Below, one piece after another: positions 28,964 through 37,436 of a stretch of 64,000 bases of DNA. This DNA comes from a virus, in the IMG/VR virus record IMGVR_UViG_3300009790_000004, positions 32,001 to 96,000 of that record; one strand, written 5' to 3'. Position 1 is the first letter of the stretch. Every line of letters starts with the position of its first letter. The position numbers and the translations under genes are program-made. The notes beneath the pieces were generated by a model. That model saw nothing but the letters and a program-made list of their open reading frames with translations, was not told the DNA's origin and did no database searches.

Positions 28964-30127
28964 ATGAAGAACACACATCTTGAGCATCTTGAAGACGACA
29001 TCCTCAACAGTGGTGCTGTTGGTGGATTTAATGTAGTTTCGGTACTTCGCTCATTTGGTAACATGTTGACAGGCACTCAGTCTGAACTAAGTGTTACAAC
29101 TAAATGGGATGGAGCACCTGCTATAGTATGTGGTACTGATCCTGTAACTGGTAGGTTCTTTGTTGGTACTAAATCTGTATTCAATAAGGTCACACCTAAA
29201 GTATGTTATGATGATGTTGATGTTGATCGTTTCTATCAAGCAGAGATACTTCGTAGGAAATTAAAGGATTGTCTTAAATATCTCTCACAATTAAACATTA
29301 AAGGTATTATTCAGGGAGACTTACTTTTCTCTTCAGGTGATAAGAAATATGCTAAGATTGGTGGACATAGAGTTATTACTTTCAATCCTAATACTATTAC
29401 ATATGCTGTTTCATGTAAATCTGCTCAAGGAATTGCAGTAGAAAAAGCACAAATTGGTATTGTATTTCATACAGTATATGAGGGAAATACTATACAATCT
29501 TGTAAGGCAGTATATAAAGCACCTCTATTTGTAGGAACTGAAGATATATTCATTCCTAACGCTAATTATAATGATGCTAAGGGTATTAGTCGCTTCAATA
29601 ATACTGAGAGAATGAAGTATGTTGCTACTATTAATCGTGCTGAAGGATCACTTAAGAGAGCATCAAAGTTTCTTGATATTATGCACCGTCAAGGACAATC
29701 TAGGTTCTTAATGCCATTATTATTCAAGCAATTCTTTAACACAACAATTCGTAATGGTAAGAGTATTCTTAACACTAGGAGAACAGTTGCACAATTTGCT
29801 AAATTCTATTCTGATAAGTTAGATGCAGAAATTAATAAGAAAACAAGTGTTAAAGGTAAAGAAAGATATGAACAAATGAAAGCAGAAGGACTCAACTTTA
29901 TTATTAAGTATGAGAATGAGATATACTTTACTTTCGCATCATATATTTCTATTCGTGATGCTAAGAGAATGGTAATTAAACAGTTAAATAAGGTTGGTCA
30001 AATCAGAACATATATAGGTTGCACACCAACAACTCCTGAAGGATATGTTGTTTCAACTAACAACTATGCAATGAAGTTTGTTGATGATGAATTTAGAAAA
30101 GCGAACATTCTCTTTGGCATACAATGA
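28964..30127 (+). CDS. Conserved T4-like cyanophage protein with ligase-type nucleotidyltransferase motifs
   Basis: MKNTHLEHLED start; TTKWDGAP (motif I KxDG), IIQGDLLF, PEGYVV, MKFVD. Confidence 0.6.
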   Translation: MKNTHLEHLEDDILNSGAVGGFNVVSVLRSFGNMLTGTQSELSVTTKWDGAPAIVCGTDPVTGRFFVGTKSVFNKVTPKVCYDDVDVDRFYQAEILRRKLKDCLKYLSQLNIKGIIQGDLLFSSGDKKYAKIGGHRVITFNPNTITYAVSCKSAQGIAVEKAQIGIVFHTVYEGNTIQSCKAVYKAPLFVGTEDIFIPNANYNDAKGISRFNNTERMKYVATINRAEGSLKRASKFLDIMHRQGQSRFLMPLLFKQFFNTTIRNGKSILNTRRTVAQFAKFYSDKLDAEINKKTSVKGKERYEQMKAEGLNFIIKYENEIYFTFASYISIRDAKRMVIKQLNKVGQIRTYIGCTPTTPEGYVVSTNNYAMKFVDDEFRKANILFGIQ

Positions 30128-31431
30128 AAAAGATTGCTGTAATTGGTGCTGGTGTTATTGGTATTAATTCTGTCTTACAATTGATAGAAGAAAGAACTAA
30201 ATCAGATGCAGAGAATGAATGTAAAATAGTATGGATATATGATACTTCAATAGATATATTTGGTATCGGAGAATCAACAACTCCATCATTATCAGGACAA
30301 ATTGCAAGTCCACCTTCATACTTAAGATATGATTCTAAAGATTACTTTGATGCTACGATTAAGTTTGGAAATAGATTTATAGGATGGGGTAAAAATGGTG
30401 GAGATTTTACTAGATATTTTCCAATGTCTCGTGCTGCTATACATTTTGATACGAGATTGTTCAGTAGTTTCTTCATTGAGCATTTAAATAGTGAGACTTG
30501 TTATAACTTTGAAGCAAGAGATACTAAGATAAAATCAATAATATTTGATGAAGATCCTATTGGTGGACATTGTTTTGGTGTTCATATTGATGGAGAATCT
30601 TATGATTTTGTATTAGATTGTAGTGGTGGTAAATCATTAGTTAATGATGATTATTATTTTGATTCACCATTTGATACATGTAATACTGTCCTTGCTACTA
30701 GACTACCAGAACCAGCAGATTGGGGTTATACATTAACACAAACCACTCGAAATGGTTGGATGTTTGGTATTCCATTACAGTCAAGAAGAACCTACGGTTA
30801 TGCTTACAATTCAAGTGTTACTTCAGAAGAAGAAGCACAACAAGAGTTTAGAAGTTTAGTTCCACAAGAAGGATATCAGTATAAGAAATTAACATGGAAA
30901 CCACGATTCTCTAACTATGTTTTACACCATAGTGGTAGATATGCTCGTAATGGTAATGCACTAGGATTTCTTGATCCATTAGAAGCATTAGCGGGAATGT
31001 ATTATGATAAGGTAACAGATAAGACTGCAAAATATGCTCTTGGCGATACATACAATAGTATAGATCTCATCAATAGTATTAACAATTGGTATTATCAGGA
31101 GATTGTTGGTGATTGGTTATTAAATTCTGCATGGATGTATCATTTTGGATCTGAACATGACACACCATTTTGGCAACAAGTCTCAAAAAATGCTAAAGAT
31201 ATATTAAACAATAAGGAGATAAATCCTTGTCGATTAATAAGTGATGAACAGACATTTACAGATGATTTGTTTAATATTATTGGTGACAATCCTGAAATGA
31301 AAAAGTTATTTGTACATGATCTTCTTGATGTTGAGTTTACTTTCGATTTCTGTCGAGATTATTATAATTTTATATCATTTACTACTGGTATGGGTGCTGA
31401 GTATGCTAACAAATTTCCAACATTTACCTAA
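30124..31431 (+). CDS. Flavin-dependent halogenase-like protein (tryptophan halogenase family)
   Basis: VIGAGVIG, GIGESTTP, HFD, DCSG, GWMFGIPL, GFLDPLEA, TPFW. Confidence 0.8.
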   Translation: MKKIAVIGAGVIGINSVLQLIEERTKSDAENECKIVWIYDTSIDIFGIGESTTPSLSGQIASPPSYLRYDSKDYFDATIKFGNRFIGWGKNGGDFTRYFPMSRAAIHFDTRLFSSFFIEHLNSETCYNFEARDTKIKSIIFDEDPIGGHCFGVHIDGESYDFVLDCSGGKSLVNDDYYFDSPFDTCNTVLATRLPEPADWGYTLTQTTRNGWMFGIPLQSRRTYGYAYNSSVTSEEEAQQEFRSLVPQEGYQYKKLTWKPRFSNYVLHHSGRYARNGNALGFLDPLEALAGMYYDKVTDKTAKYALGDTYNSIDLINSINNWYYQEIVGDWLLNSAWMYHFGSEHDTPFWQQVSKNAKDILNNKEINPCRLISDEQTFTDDLFNIIGDNPEMKKLFVHDLLDVEFTFDFCRDYYNFISFTTGMGAEYANKFPTFT

Positions 31432-31454
31432 ATATTCTTACTTAAATTATAACT

Positions 31455-32840
31455 ATGACTAGAAAGATTGCTATTATTGGTGGTGGTGCTGATGCAATAT
31501 CAGCAGTAATAAATTGTGTATCTAATAGAGATACAATTGATAGTGTATATCAAGATGATGAAATAGTTTGGATCAGAGATTGTAGTCATGTTATTGATAA
31601 CAATTGCATACAAGTTGAGTCTGAATGGACAGAAATAGTAGGAGAAAATACAACATTAAATACTATTCATTTCTCACAATTACTAGATGGTAAACAGAAA
31701 TGGGGTAAGAAGTTTATTGGATTTGGTAATAATACTCCTCACAATTTCATGGTAATGTATGAACCAACACATGTAGGTTGGCATTTAGATGAGAAGAAAC
31801 TTGTTGAATTGTTCTGGAATAATTATACTAACACTGCAAGAAATGTTAGACTAATTGATGCTAATGTACCTAATATTGATGTCACTGATGATTATGTTAA
31901 AGTCCTTGATGAACAATATGATTTTGTAATTGACTGCACTAGAGGTTCAATTTGGGATCATAATTCTTATAGTCAAGCATTATATAATCCAACAAATGCA
32001 ACACTAAGTATTACTGTAGAGAAAGAAGCAGAGTTTAATTATACTGCTCATATTGCTGCAAAGAATGGTTATATAACTGGTATTCCTACTAAAGATAGAC
32101 AAACATGGATATATTCATACGATAAAGATATAACAACTAAGGAAGATGCTACACATGATTTTAATCAATATTGTGAGGTTAGTAACTATGGGTTGCTAAA
32201 ATTCAATGAATATGATAAACTGTTATCAGATTATTGTATTCACTCTAACAACAGATATGCTAGATGTGGTCGTGCTTTAGGATTTAATGATGAATTAAAC
32301 AACTTTAAGAATTATCTTGAAGGTGATATTGCGGAAGCAATAGCAATATATTTATTTGAAGATCCAGAGAGACAACAAACAGAATATCAGAGATTAGATG
32401 TTGAAGAAAGATATGATGATGGCAAAACAGATTATGCTTCATCACTTGGATTTTATCTACAGTTCGGTTCACAACACAAGACAAAATTCTGGGAACAAAC
32501 TAGAATAAATGCTTGTCATACTTTGGAGAACAGAAAATACTTTGATATATCTGAGAATCTTATACAACATGATTATCTTAAAATGAATGAACTTATTCCA
32601 TTACATGAGAATATTCGTTTAGATTATTTTAGGAGATTAGCAGAAGATGAACAGCGTATGAGGCAAAAGATGACTGCAAACTCTGATGAACCTTACAGAT
32701 TGTTAGGTAGTTATCAGATATTTACAGAGACTATTAATGGATTAGGTGCTCCATATGCACATAAATTTCCATTAATGACTGAACTTATCCCACCAAAAGA
32801 ACCATTTGGAGAGATTAATTTAGACCCTATTATATTATGA
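31455..32840 (+). CDS. Divergent second halogenase-like flavoprotein
   Basis: IIGGGADA, DFVIDCT, GYITGIP, GRALGF, FGSQHKTKFW; key motifs degenerate. Confidence 0.65.
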   Translation: MTRKIAIIGGGADAISAVINCVSNRDTIDSVYQDDEIVWIRDCSHVIDNNCIQVESEWTEIVGENTTLNTIHFSQLLDGKQKWGKKFIGFGNNTPHNFMVMYEPTHVGWHLDEKKLVELFWNNYTNTARNVRLIDANVPNIDVTDDYVKVLDEQYDFVIDCTRGSIWDHNSYSQALYNPTNATLSITVEKEAEFNYTAHIAAKNGYITGIPTKDRQTWIYSYDKDITTKEDATHDFNQYCEVSNYGLLKFNEYDKLLSDYCIHSNNRYARCGRALGFNDELNNFKNYLEGDIAEAIAIYLFEDPERQQTEYQRLDVEERYDDGKTDYASSLGFYLQFGSQHKTKFWEQTRINACHTLENRKYFDISENLIQHDYLKMNELIPLHENIRLDYFRRLAEDEQRMRQKMTANSDEPYRLLGSYQIFTETINGLGAPYAHKFPLMTELIPPKEPFGEINLDPIIL

Positions 32841-33175
32841 CTCCCGATAGACATGATTTTCCTATTATAGGAGATTTCTATACTAAAGCAGAAGTGGATC
32901 AAATGATTGCTGATGCACTGGCAGAAGCAAGAGCAATAGATGAAGAATCTATGCGTAAACATAACAGAACTGCAACTATTATTAGTATGATATTAGGGTT
33001 TATATGTTTAGCATTATTTGTAGATGGATTGTTAAGAATATTAGGTATTATTCCACCATTTATGGATTTAGATGTTAATGTTATTGATGATATTATAGAT
33101 AAGGTGGAGAGTGATATTATGCCACTCGTTCAAGATACAGCAACAAAAGCACAACGGTACATTCCAGGAAGATGA
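32837..33175 (+). CDS. Hypothetical membrane protein
   Basis: One hydrophobic segment; coupled start. Confidence 0.6.
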   Translation: MTPDRHDFPIIGDFYTKAEVDQMIADALAEARAIDEESMRKHNRTATIISMILGFICLALFVDGLLRILGIIPPFMDLDVNVIDDIIDKVESDIMPLVQDTATKAQRYIPGR

Positions 33176-33456
33176 CTTTTCTAATCGCTATTATGTCATT
33201 CGCAAACTTTGTATTCTATCCTTTAGTGGTAGGTTCAATTATTGCTGTTATTATCGAACAGATATTGAGAGCAAGAGGTGATGATGATAACCCACAAGAT
33301 GTGAGAAATGTAGTCATATCAATGGGTATCAGGAAATATCTTATTAGACAAGCATGGTTATTTAATATAATATGGTTTGTTGGTTATTTTATTCTTATGT
33401 TTACAATAGGTAGACAAGGACAACAACCAATGCCTGATCTTATTTGGCAAGGATAA
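33172..33456 (+). CDS. Hypothetical membrane protein (two TM segments)
   Basis: Two hydrophobic segments; ATGA overlap. Confidence 0.6.
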   Translation: MTFLIAIMSFANFVFYPLVVGSIIAVIIEQILRARGDDDNPQDVRNVVISMGIRKYLIRQAWLFNIIWFVGYFILMFTIGRQGQQPMPDLIWQG

Positions 33457-33608
33457 TGATTTTAGTTATTATAATAGTATCATTATTACTCTTATTAGTT
33501 GTTGGTGGACTTTACCTTACATTTGGTAGTGGTAGTAAACAATTAAGAGATCCTATTGATGAACATGCTAAAATGCACGAGTTAGGTATAGCACATAAAC
33601 ATGATTAA
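33456..33608 (+). CDS. psbN: PsbN-like photosystem assembly protein (absent from the ORF track)
   Basis: MILVIIIVSLLLLLVVGGLYLTFGSGSKQLRDPIDEHAKMHELGIAHKHD: TM helix plus the Y..FG..S..LRDP..EH PsbN motif. Confidence 0.8.
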   Translation: MILVIIIVSLLLLLVVGGLYLTFGSGSKQLRDPIDEHAKMHELGIAHKHD

Positions 33609-33729
33609 CTTATCTCCTGATTCATTAAGAATACTCGCTATAATGATATTAGGGTTAATATGGTTTTATTTGGTTATAGAACAAATTGCAGTTAATTCAA
33701 CTCAGAAAGATGACAATGAACCCAGATAA
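33601..33729 (+). CDS. Small single-TM protein
   Basis: MINLSPDSLRILAIMILGLIWFYLVIEQIAVNSTQKDDNEPR. Confidence 0.45.
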   Translation: MINLSPDSLRILAIMILGLIWFYLVIEQIAVNSTQKDDNEPR

Positions 33730-33931
33730 TATTCCATTAAGGAATACATCACAAGAATTTGAATATGAGAAAATATCAAGAGAAATAGATCGTTGTAATG
33801 ATGTGAAAGAATTGCAGACAATGTGTAAGTTTTTAGTTAAATTAGAGATGAAAACTAGAGAGAATTATAGTATTATGATTGCTGATACTCTTGACGCAAT
33901 GAATTTAGATCTACCACAGGACACTTTATAA
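33710..33931 (+). CDS. Small helical cyanophage protein (weak NblA-like resemblance)
   Basis: MTMNPDNIPLRNTSQEFEYEKISREID...CKFLVKL. Confidence 0.45.
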   Translation: MTMNPDNIPLRNTSQEFEYEKISREIDRCNDVKELQTMCKFLVKLEMKTRENYSIMIADTLDAMNLDLPQDTL

Positions 33932-33937
33932 ACTGTC
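33920..33937. promoter_or_regulatory. Palindrome, copy 2
   Basis: GACACT-ttataa-ACTGTC; TATAAT at 33990-95. Confidence 0.55.
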
Positions 33938-34024
33938 TGTTTTATGTAAAGAGTTGTTACAATACCATTTCTTGTCAACCATTGTCCTTTATAATATGGG
34001 AGTACAAGCGAATTTTAACTACCT

Positions 34025-34471
34025 ATGCCAACTGCATCTACAGCGAAAACAACAACAACTCGCAAAAGACGCACACGCAAAACTACCACTCCAAAATCAA
34101 CTGCTAAGGTTATTAAGGAGATTCAAGCAGTTTTAGATGCACCAACACCTAAATCTCTTGATAAGGTACAACCAACAGTTAAAAAGACACCTGTAAAGAG
34201 AACTCCTAAAGCAAAAGTTTCCACTCCTAAATATCAGCAACCTGTTGAGATTAAGAAAGTGACTGAAACTAAAGCAACTAAAGTTCGTCCTGCTAAACCA
34301 AATCTAACCATTGCAGATTACACTGCTGATATTAAAGTTAGATGGGAAATTCATCAGTGGGAAACACAAGAACTTTGGAATGATGTAGTTAAAGGTTATA
34401 ACAATGCTAAACCATTTGTTATTAAATCTGTTGATTATGTCAAGGAGTCCTACAACAGAGCATTTAACTAG
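34025..34471 (+). CDS. Basic Lys/Thr/Pro-rich protein, possibly nucleic-acid binding
   Basis: TTTTRKRRTRKTTTPK..., low-complexity basic N-terminus. Confidence 0.6.
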   Translation: MPTASTAKTTTTRKRRTRKTTTPKSTAKVIKEIQAVLDAPTPKSLDKVQPTVKKTPVKRTPKAKVSTPKYQQPVEIKKVTETKATKVRPAKPNLTIADYTADIKVRWEIHQWETQELWNDVVKGYNNAKPFVIKSVDYVKESYNRAFN

Positions 34472-34527
34472 ACCAGTTAACAAAGTGTCACCCAACCCCT
34501 TCACAGGGGTTTTTTTATTGCTATAAT
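34472..34527 (+). promoter_or_regulatory. Palindrome + terminator + -10 cassette, copy 3, driving the structured RNA
   Basis: ACCAGT-taacaa-AGTGTC (34472-89), 32 nt, TGcTATAAT (34522-27). Confidence 0.75.
34494..34516 (+). terminator. Rho-independent terminator
   Basis: AACCCCT-tcac-AGGGGTT followed by a T run. Confidence 0.8.
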
Positions 34528-34533
34528 AAGAAT

Positions 34534-34746
34534 GTTGAGGGATATGTGGTTCCTATGCCCGAAAACTCACCTGACGGTAACTGATTCGCTCATCCGCAGT
34601 AATTGAGTTAGTAGGGGTTCAGGTGTAAGCGATTCCCATAGGGTAAATTTGGGCATAGTAGGTGAAACCTCTGTTGATGCCCCACTCCCTCAACTGCTGC
34701 ATGTCCCTTTGGTGGTTTCAGACATGGAGGCGATAGGAAACCACCA
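34534..34746 (+). ncRNA. Unclassified structured RNA (multibranch domain plus 3' H-type pseudoknot)
   Basis: GTTGAGGGA/TCCCTCAAC, CTATGCCC/GGGCATAG, CACCTGA/TCAGGTG; interleaved CATGTC/GACATG and TGGTGGTTTC/GAAACCACCA; 5' end lies 7 nt after the -10 box. Confidence 0.75.
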
Positions 34747-34767
34747 CAATATTGTACACAATTCCAC

Positions 34768-35472
34768 ATGAATTCCACACTCGCTGGCAAAAAAGCAAAA
34801 GCAGATGGACACAAATATGAGGTGGATTGTGTTGCAATGTTAAATAAACTCTTCGGTGGCGATCATGCTACTGATGGGAGACCACAGACTAAAGTAGATG
34901 TATATGATAAGGAAGGAGTTAACACTTATTCAGTCAAAAATGTATCAAAAAACCACACTCAAGTGGCATTATTGTCCAGTCAAAAGTTTATAGATCATTT
35001 CAATCTTACTGATTCTGGATGTGAACGATTCATCAATATGTTCTTTGGATATTATAACAAAGAACTACAATCTATTGTTGAAAGTAAGCATCCAGAATTG
35101 TCTCTAAGTGATGCTGAGATAAGACAAAATAGGGTCTATAAGAATAACATATCAGATAGTATTATAGATGAGTTCTTAACATTTATGAACTCAAATAAGA
35201 TAGAGATATTTGATATTATTGTGAGGCGAGGGTTCAATGGTGATGCAGTTAATCATATAATATGGAGGAATAAAATAACAACTTCTGTTAATATTATAGA
35301 TGTTGAATCCCTTGCTTCATTGGTAGAAAATGGTATTTGGAAAATAAATAATACTACATTAGAGTTTAGAACTGCTGATAACATTAAACTATTTCATTTA
35401 CAAATGAAAGGAAGTGGCAAGAAATATAATAGTGGTTATCATGGTATGATGTTTCACATGTATTGGAGTTAA
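34768..35472 (+). CDS. HinP1I/MspI-like type II restriction endonuclease homolog (no methyltransferase in the window)
   Basis: LAGKKAKADGHKYE, TKVDV, YSVKN..KNHTQV, FDIIVRRG, HLQMKGSG, MMFHM follow, in order, the HinP1I motifs as I recall them (GSKTAKDGFKNE, KSDI, IQVK..GFNQI, DILRGRG, IQRKGG, LQFKI). Confidence 0.7.
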   Translation: MNSTLAGKKAKADGHKYEVDCVAMLNKLFGGDHATDGRPQTKVDVYDKEGVNTYSVKNVSKNHTQVALLSSQKFIDHFNLTDSGCERFINMFFGYYNKELQSIVESKHPELSLSDAEIRQNRVYKNNISDSIIDEFLTFMNSNKIEIFDIIVRRGFNGDAVNHIIWRNKITTSVNIIDVESLASLVENGIWKINNTTLEFRTADNIKLFHLQMKGSGKKYNSGYHGMMFHMYWS

Positions 35473-35752
35473 TTAATGCTAACAACTACTAATACTGATT
35501 ATCACTCTGAGTATTGGATTATGAATCAACATATACATCCAAATGCTAGACTAGATAATAAAGAAGACATTAAATCTATAGATAATAATATTAGTAACCC
35601 AAACCGTAATTTATTAATTAAGTATGTCAATTAAGGGTACACACGACATTTATCACGAAGAAATAGAGATATGGAAGAGTAGATTTTACTCTCTATATCA
35701 TTGGGTAGAGCAACAAGAATTTAGCGAAGAGTTCCCATTATCTGAGGTAGTG

Positions 35753-35808
35753 GACACTCAAGAAACTGTCTATACATCATCAAAATACAAATAACATAAT
35801 GCTATACT
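35753..35808 (+). promoter_or_regulatory. Palindrome + -10 cassette, copy 4
   Basis: GACACT-caagaa-ACTGTC (35753-70), 32 nt, TGcTATACT (35803-08). Confidence 0.7.
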
Positions 35809-35831
35809 GACTATATGGTCAGGAAAACAAT

Positions 35832-37103
35832 TTGATTAAACTTCGGTCTCATCAGTCTCGTGCTTTAGACAAACTAAAGTCAAGAGATAAGGGTTGTGTC
35901 TATGTTCCTACTGGTGGTGGCAAGACTATCATCATGTTAGAGGATTTAGTACAACGATTACAGAGTGCTCATTCACCACAAACAGTGGTAATCGTAGCAC
36001 CTAGAATATTACTTGCTGGTCAATTATGTTCTGAATTCTTAGAATATATTGATGGCAATTCTGATTTCGATTATGATAACAACTATAACATATTACATGT
36101 TCATAGTGGTGAAACTGTTTACGATTCATCTACTAAATCAGATTATATAAGAGAATGGGTGATAGATAGAAACTTTCTAATTCAACATTCAATTATATTT
36201 TCCACTTATCATTCTTTGGGTAGAATTGTTGACTCTGAAATAGATGTTGATGTATTATATTGTGATGAAGCACATAACGCAACACAAAAACATCATTTTG
36301 TGGGAGTTGCTGCTACATCAACAAATGCAACTAACAGTTATTTCTTTACAGCAACACCCAAATATACTAGAGGTGGATGTAATCGTGGCATGAACAATGT
36401 TGATGTGTTTGGTAATACTTTAATTAGTGTACCTGCACCTGAACTTGTTAACAATGGGAGTATAATACCACCCAAATTAGTAGTACATGAAACTGAACAT
36501 GTACGCACTAAGTATAACGCACATGATGTAGATCGTGAGATGGTATTAGAAATCATTGATGATTTACAAGAAGAAGAATCAGCAAAAGTGTTAGTTGCTG
36601 CCCCTAATACTAAAGTATTATGGAATATGCTATCACAAACTGATATTTTGCATATTTTAAAATGTAAGGGGTATGATATACTTCATATCACATCTAAGCA
36701 TGGTGCATATATTAATAGAAAGAAAGTTGGTAGGGATAAATTCTTTCAAACTCTAACAGATTGGGGTAAGGATGATGATAAAAAGTTTATCGTATTTCAT
36801 TACTCAATATTATCTGAAGGGATCAATGTTCCAGGATTAACTCATACTATTCTATTAAGAAATCTACCTGTTATTGAAATGGCACAGACAATAGGTAGAG
36901 TTATTCGCCTACATAAAGATGACGCAAAAGATATTGCCAACGGTAATATTGCTGCTGGTAATTATCAATTATATCGTAAATCTCATGGAGTCGTAACTGT
37001 GCCATTATGCGGTAAAGCATCTCTGGCAACTAGGAATAGACTACAAAAGATAATTGAATTAATCTTTGAAGATGGTCTCCCTGCTCACTCATTCGCATAT
37101 TAA
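35832..37103 (+). CDS. SF2 DEAH helicase (type III restriction res-subunit-like)
   Basis: PTGGGKT, DEAH, TAT, LSEGINVP, QTIGRVIR. Confidence 0.9.
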   Translation: MIKLRSHQSRALDKLKSRDKGCVYVPTGGGKTIIMLEDLVQRLQSAHSPQTVVIVAPRILLAGQLCSEFLEYIDGNSDFDYDNNYNILHVHSGETVYDSSTKSDYIREWVIDRNFLIQHSIIFSTYHSLGRIVDSEIDVDVLYCDEAHNATQKHHFVGVAATSTNATNSYFFTATPKYTRGGCNRGMNNVDVFGNTLISVPAPELVNNGSIIPPKLVVHETEHVRTKYNAHDVDREMVLEIIDDLQEEESAKVLVAAPNTKVLWNMLSQTDILHILKCKGYDILHITSKHGAYINRKKVGRDKFFQTLTDWGKDDDKKFIVFHYSILSEGINVPGLTHTILLRNLPVIEMAQTIGRVIRLHKDDAKDIANGNIAAGNYQLYRKSHGVVTVPLCGKASLATRNRLQKIIELIFEDGLPAHSFAY

Positions 37104-37105
37104 CA

Positions 37106-37267
37106 ATGGCAAAGTATTTACACACAATTTATTATAAGAATAACGGTGGTTCTACATTAGAATCTACTATTATTGCTGAAACACCAGATGATGCTAAATC
37201 ATCATTTATTGCAAGCAATCCAAATGCTTCAATAGACAAAATCCTAACAACTGTACCTGCTAAGTAA
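37106..37267 (+). CDS. Small early protein (53 aa)
   Basis: MAKYLHTIYYKNNGGSTLESTIIAETPDDAKSSF...; manual translation. Confidence 0.5.
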   Translation: MAKYLHTIYYKNNGGSTLESTIIAETPDDAKSSFIASNPNASIDKILTTVPAK

Positions 37268-37271
37268 CATC

Positions 37272-37427
37272 ATGTTTTTTGAAATTCGCAAACAAGAAGT
37301 AGTATTTTATCACCCTAATCATGGATTACAAAGTGTTATTGTAAACTCTAATAATCCTGATGGTGCTAAACAATTAATACTAGAACAGTATGGCAATGTT
37401 GACATCAAGAGGGTGAATTCCCTCTAG
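37272..37427 (+). CDS. Small early protein (51 aa), possibly related to the upstream ORF
   Basis: ...QSVIVNSNNPDGAKQLILEQYGNVDIKRV; shares the S.I....PD.AK pattern. Confidence 0.5.
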   Translation: MFFEIRKQEVVFYHPNHGLQSVIVNSNNPDGAKQLILEQYGNVDIKRVNSL

Positions 37428-37436
37428 GAGGATAAC

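Noticed and set aside
34534-34746. Hammerhead, pistol or HDV ribozyme, or group I/II intron identity for the RNA
   Set aside because: No CUGAnGA core (CUGACGG instead), no HDV P3/P1.1, no group I P7 or group II domain V, and no interrupted gene
34608-34814. 68-aa minus-strand ORF across the RNA
   Set aside because: Opposes all neighbouring genes, has no promoter or ribosome-binding site, and is explained by local GC richness
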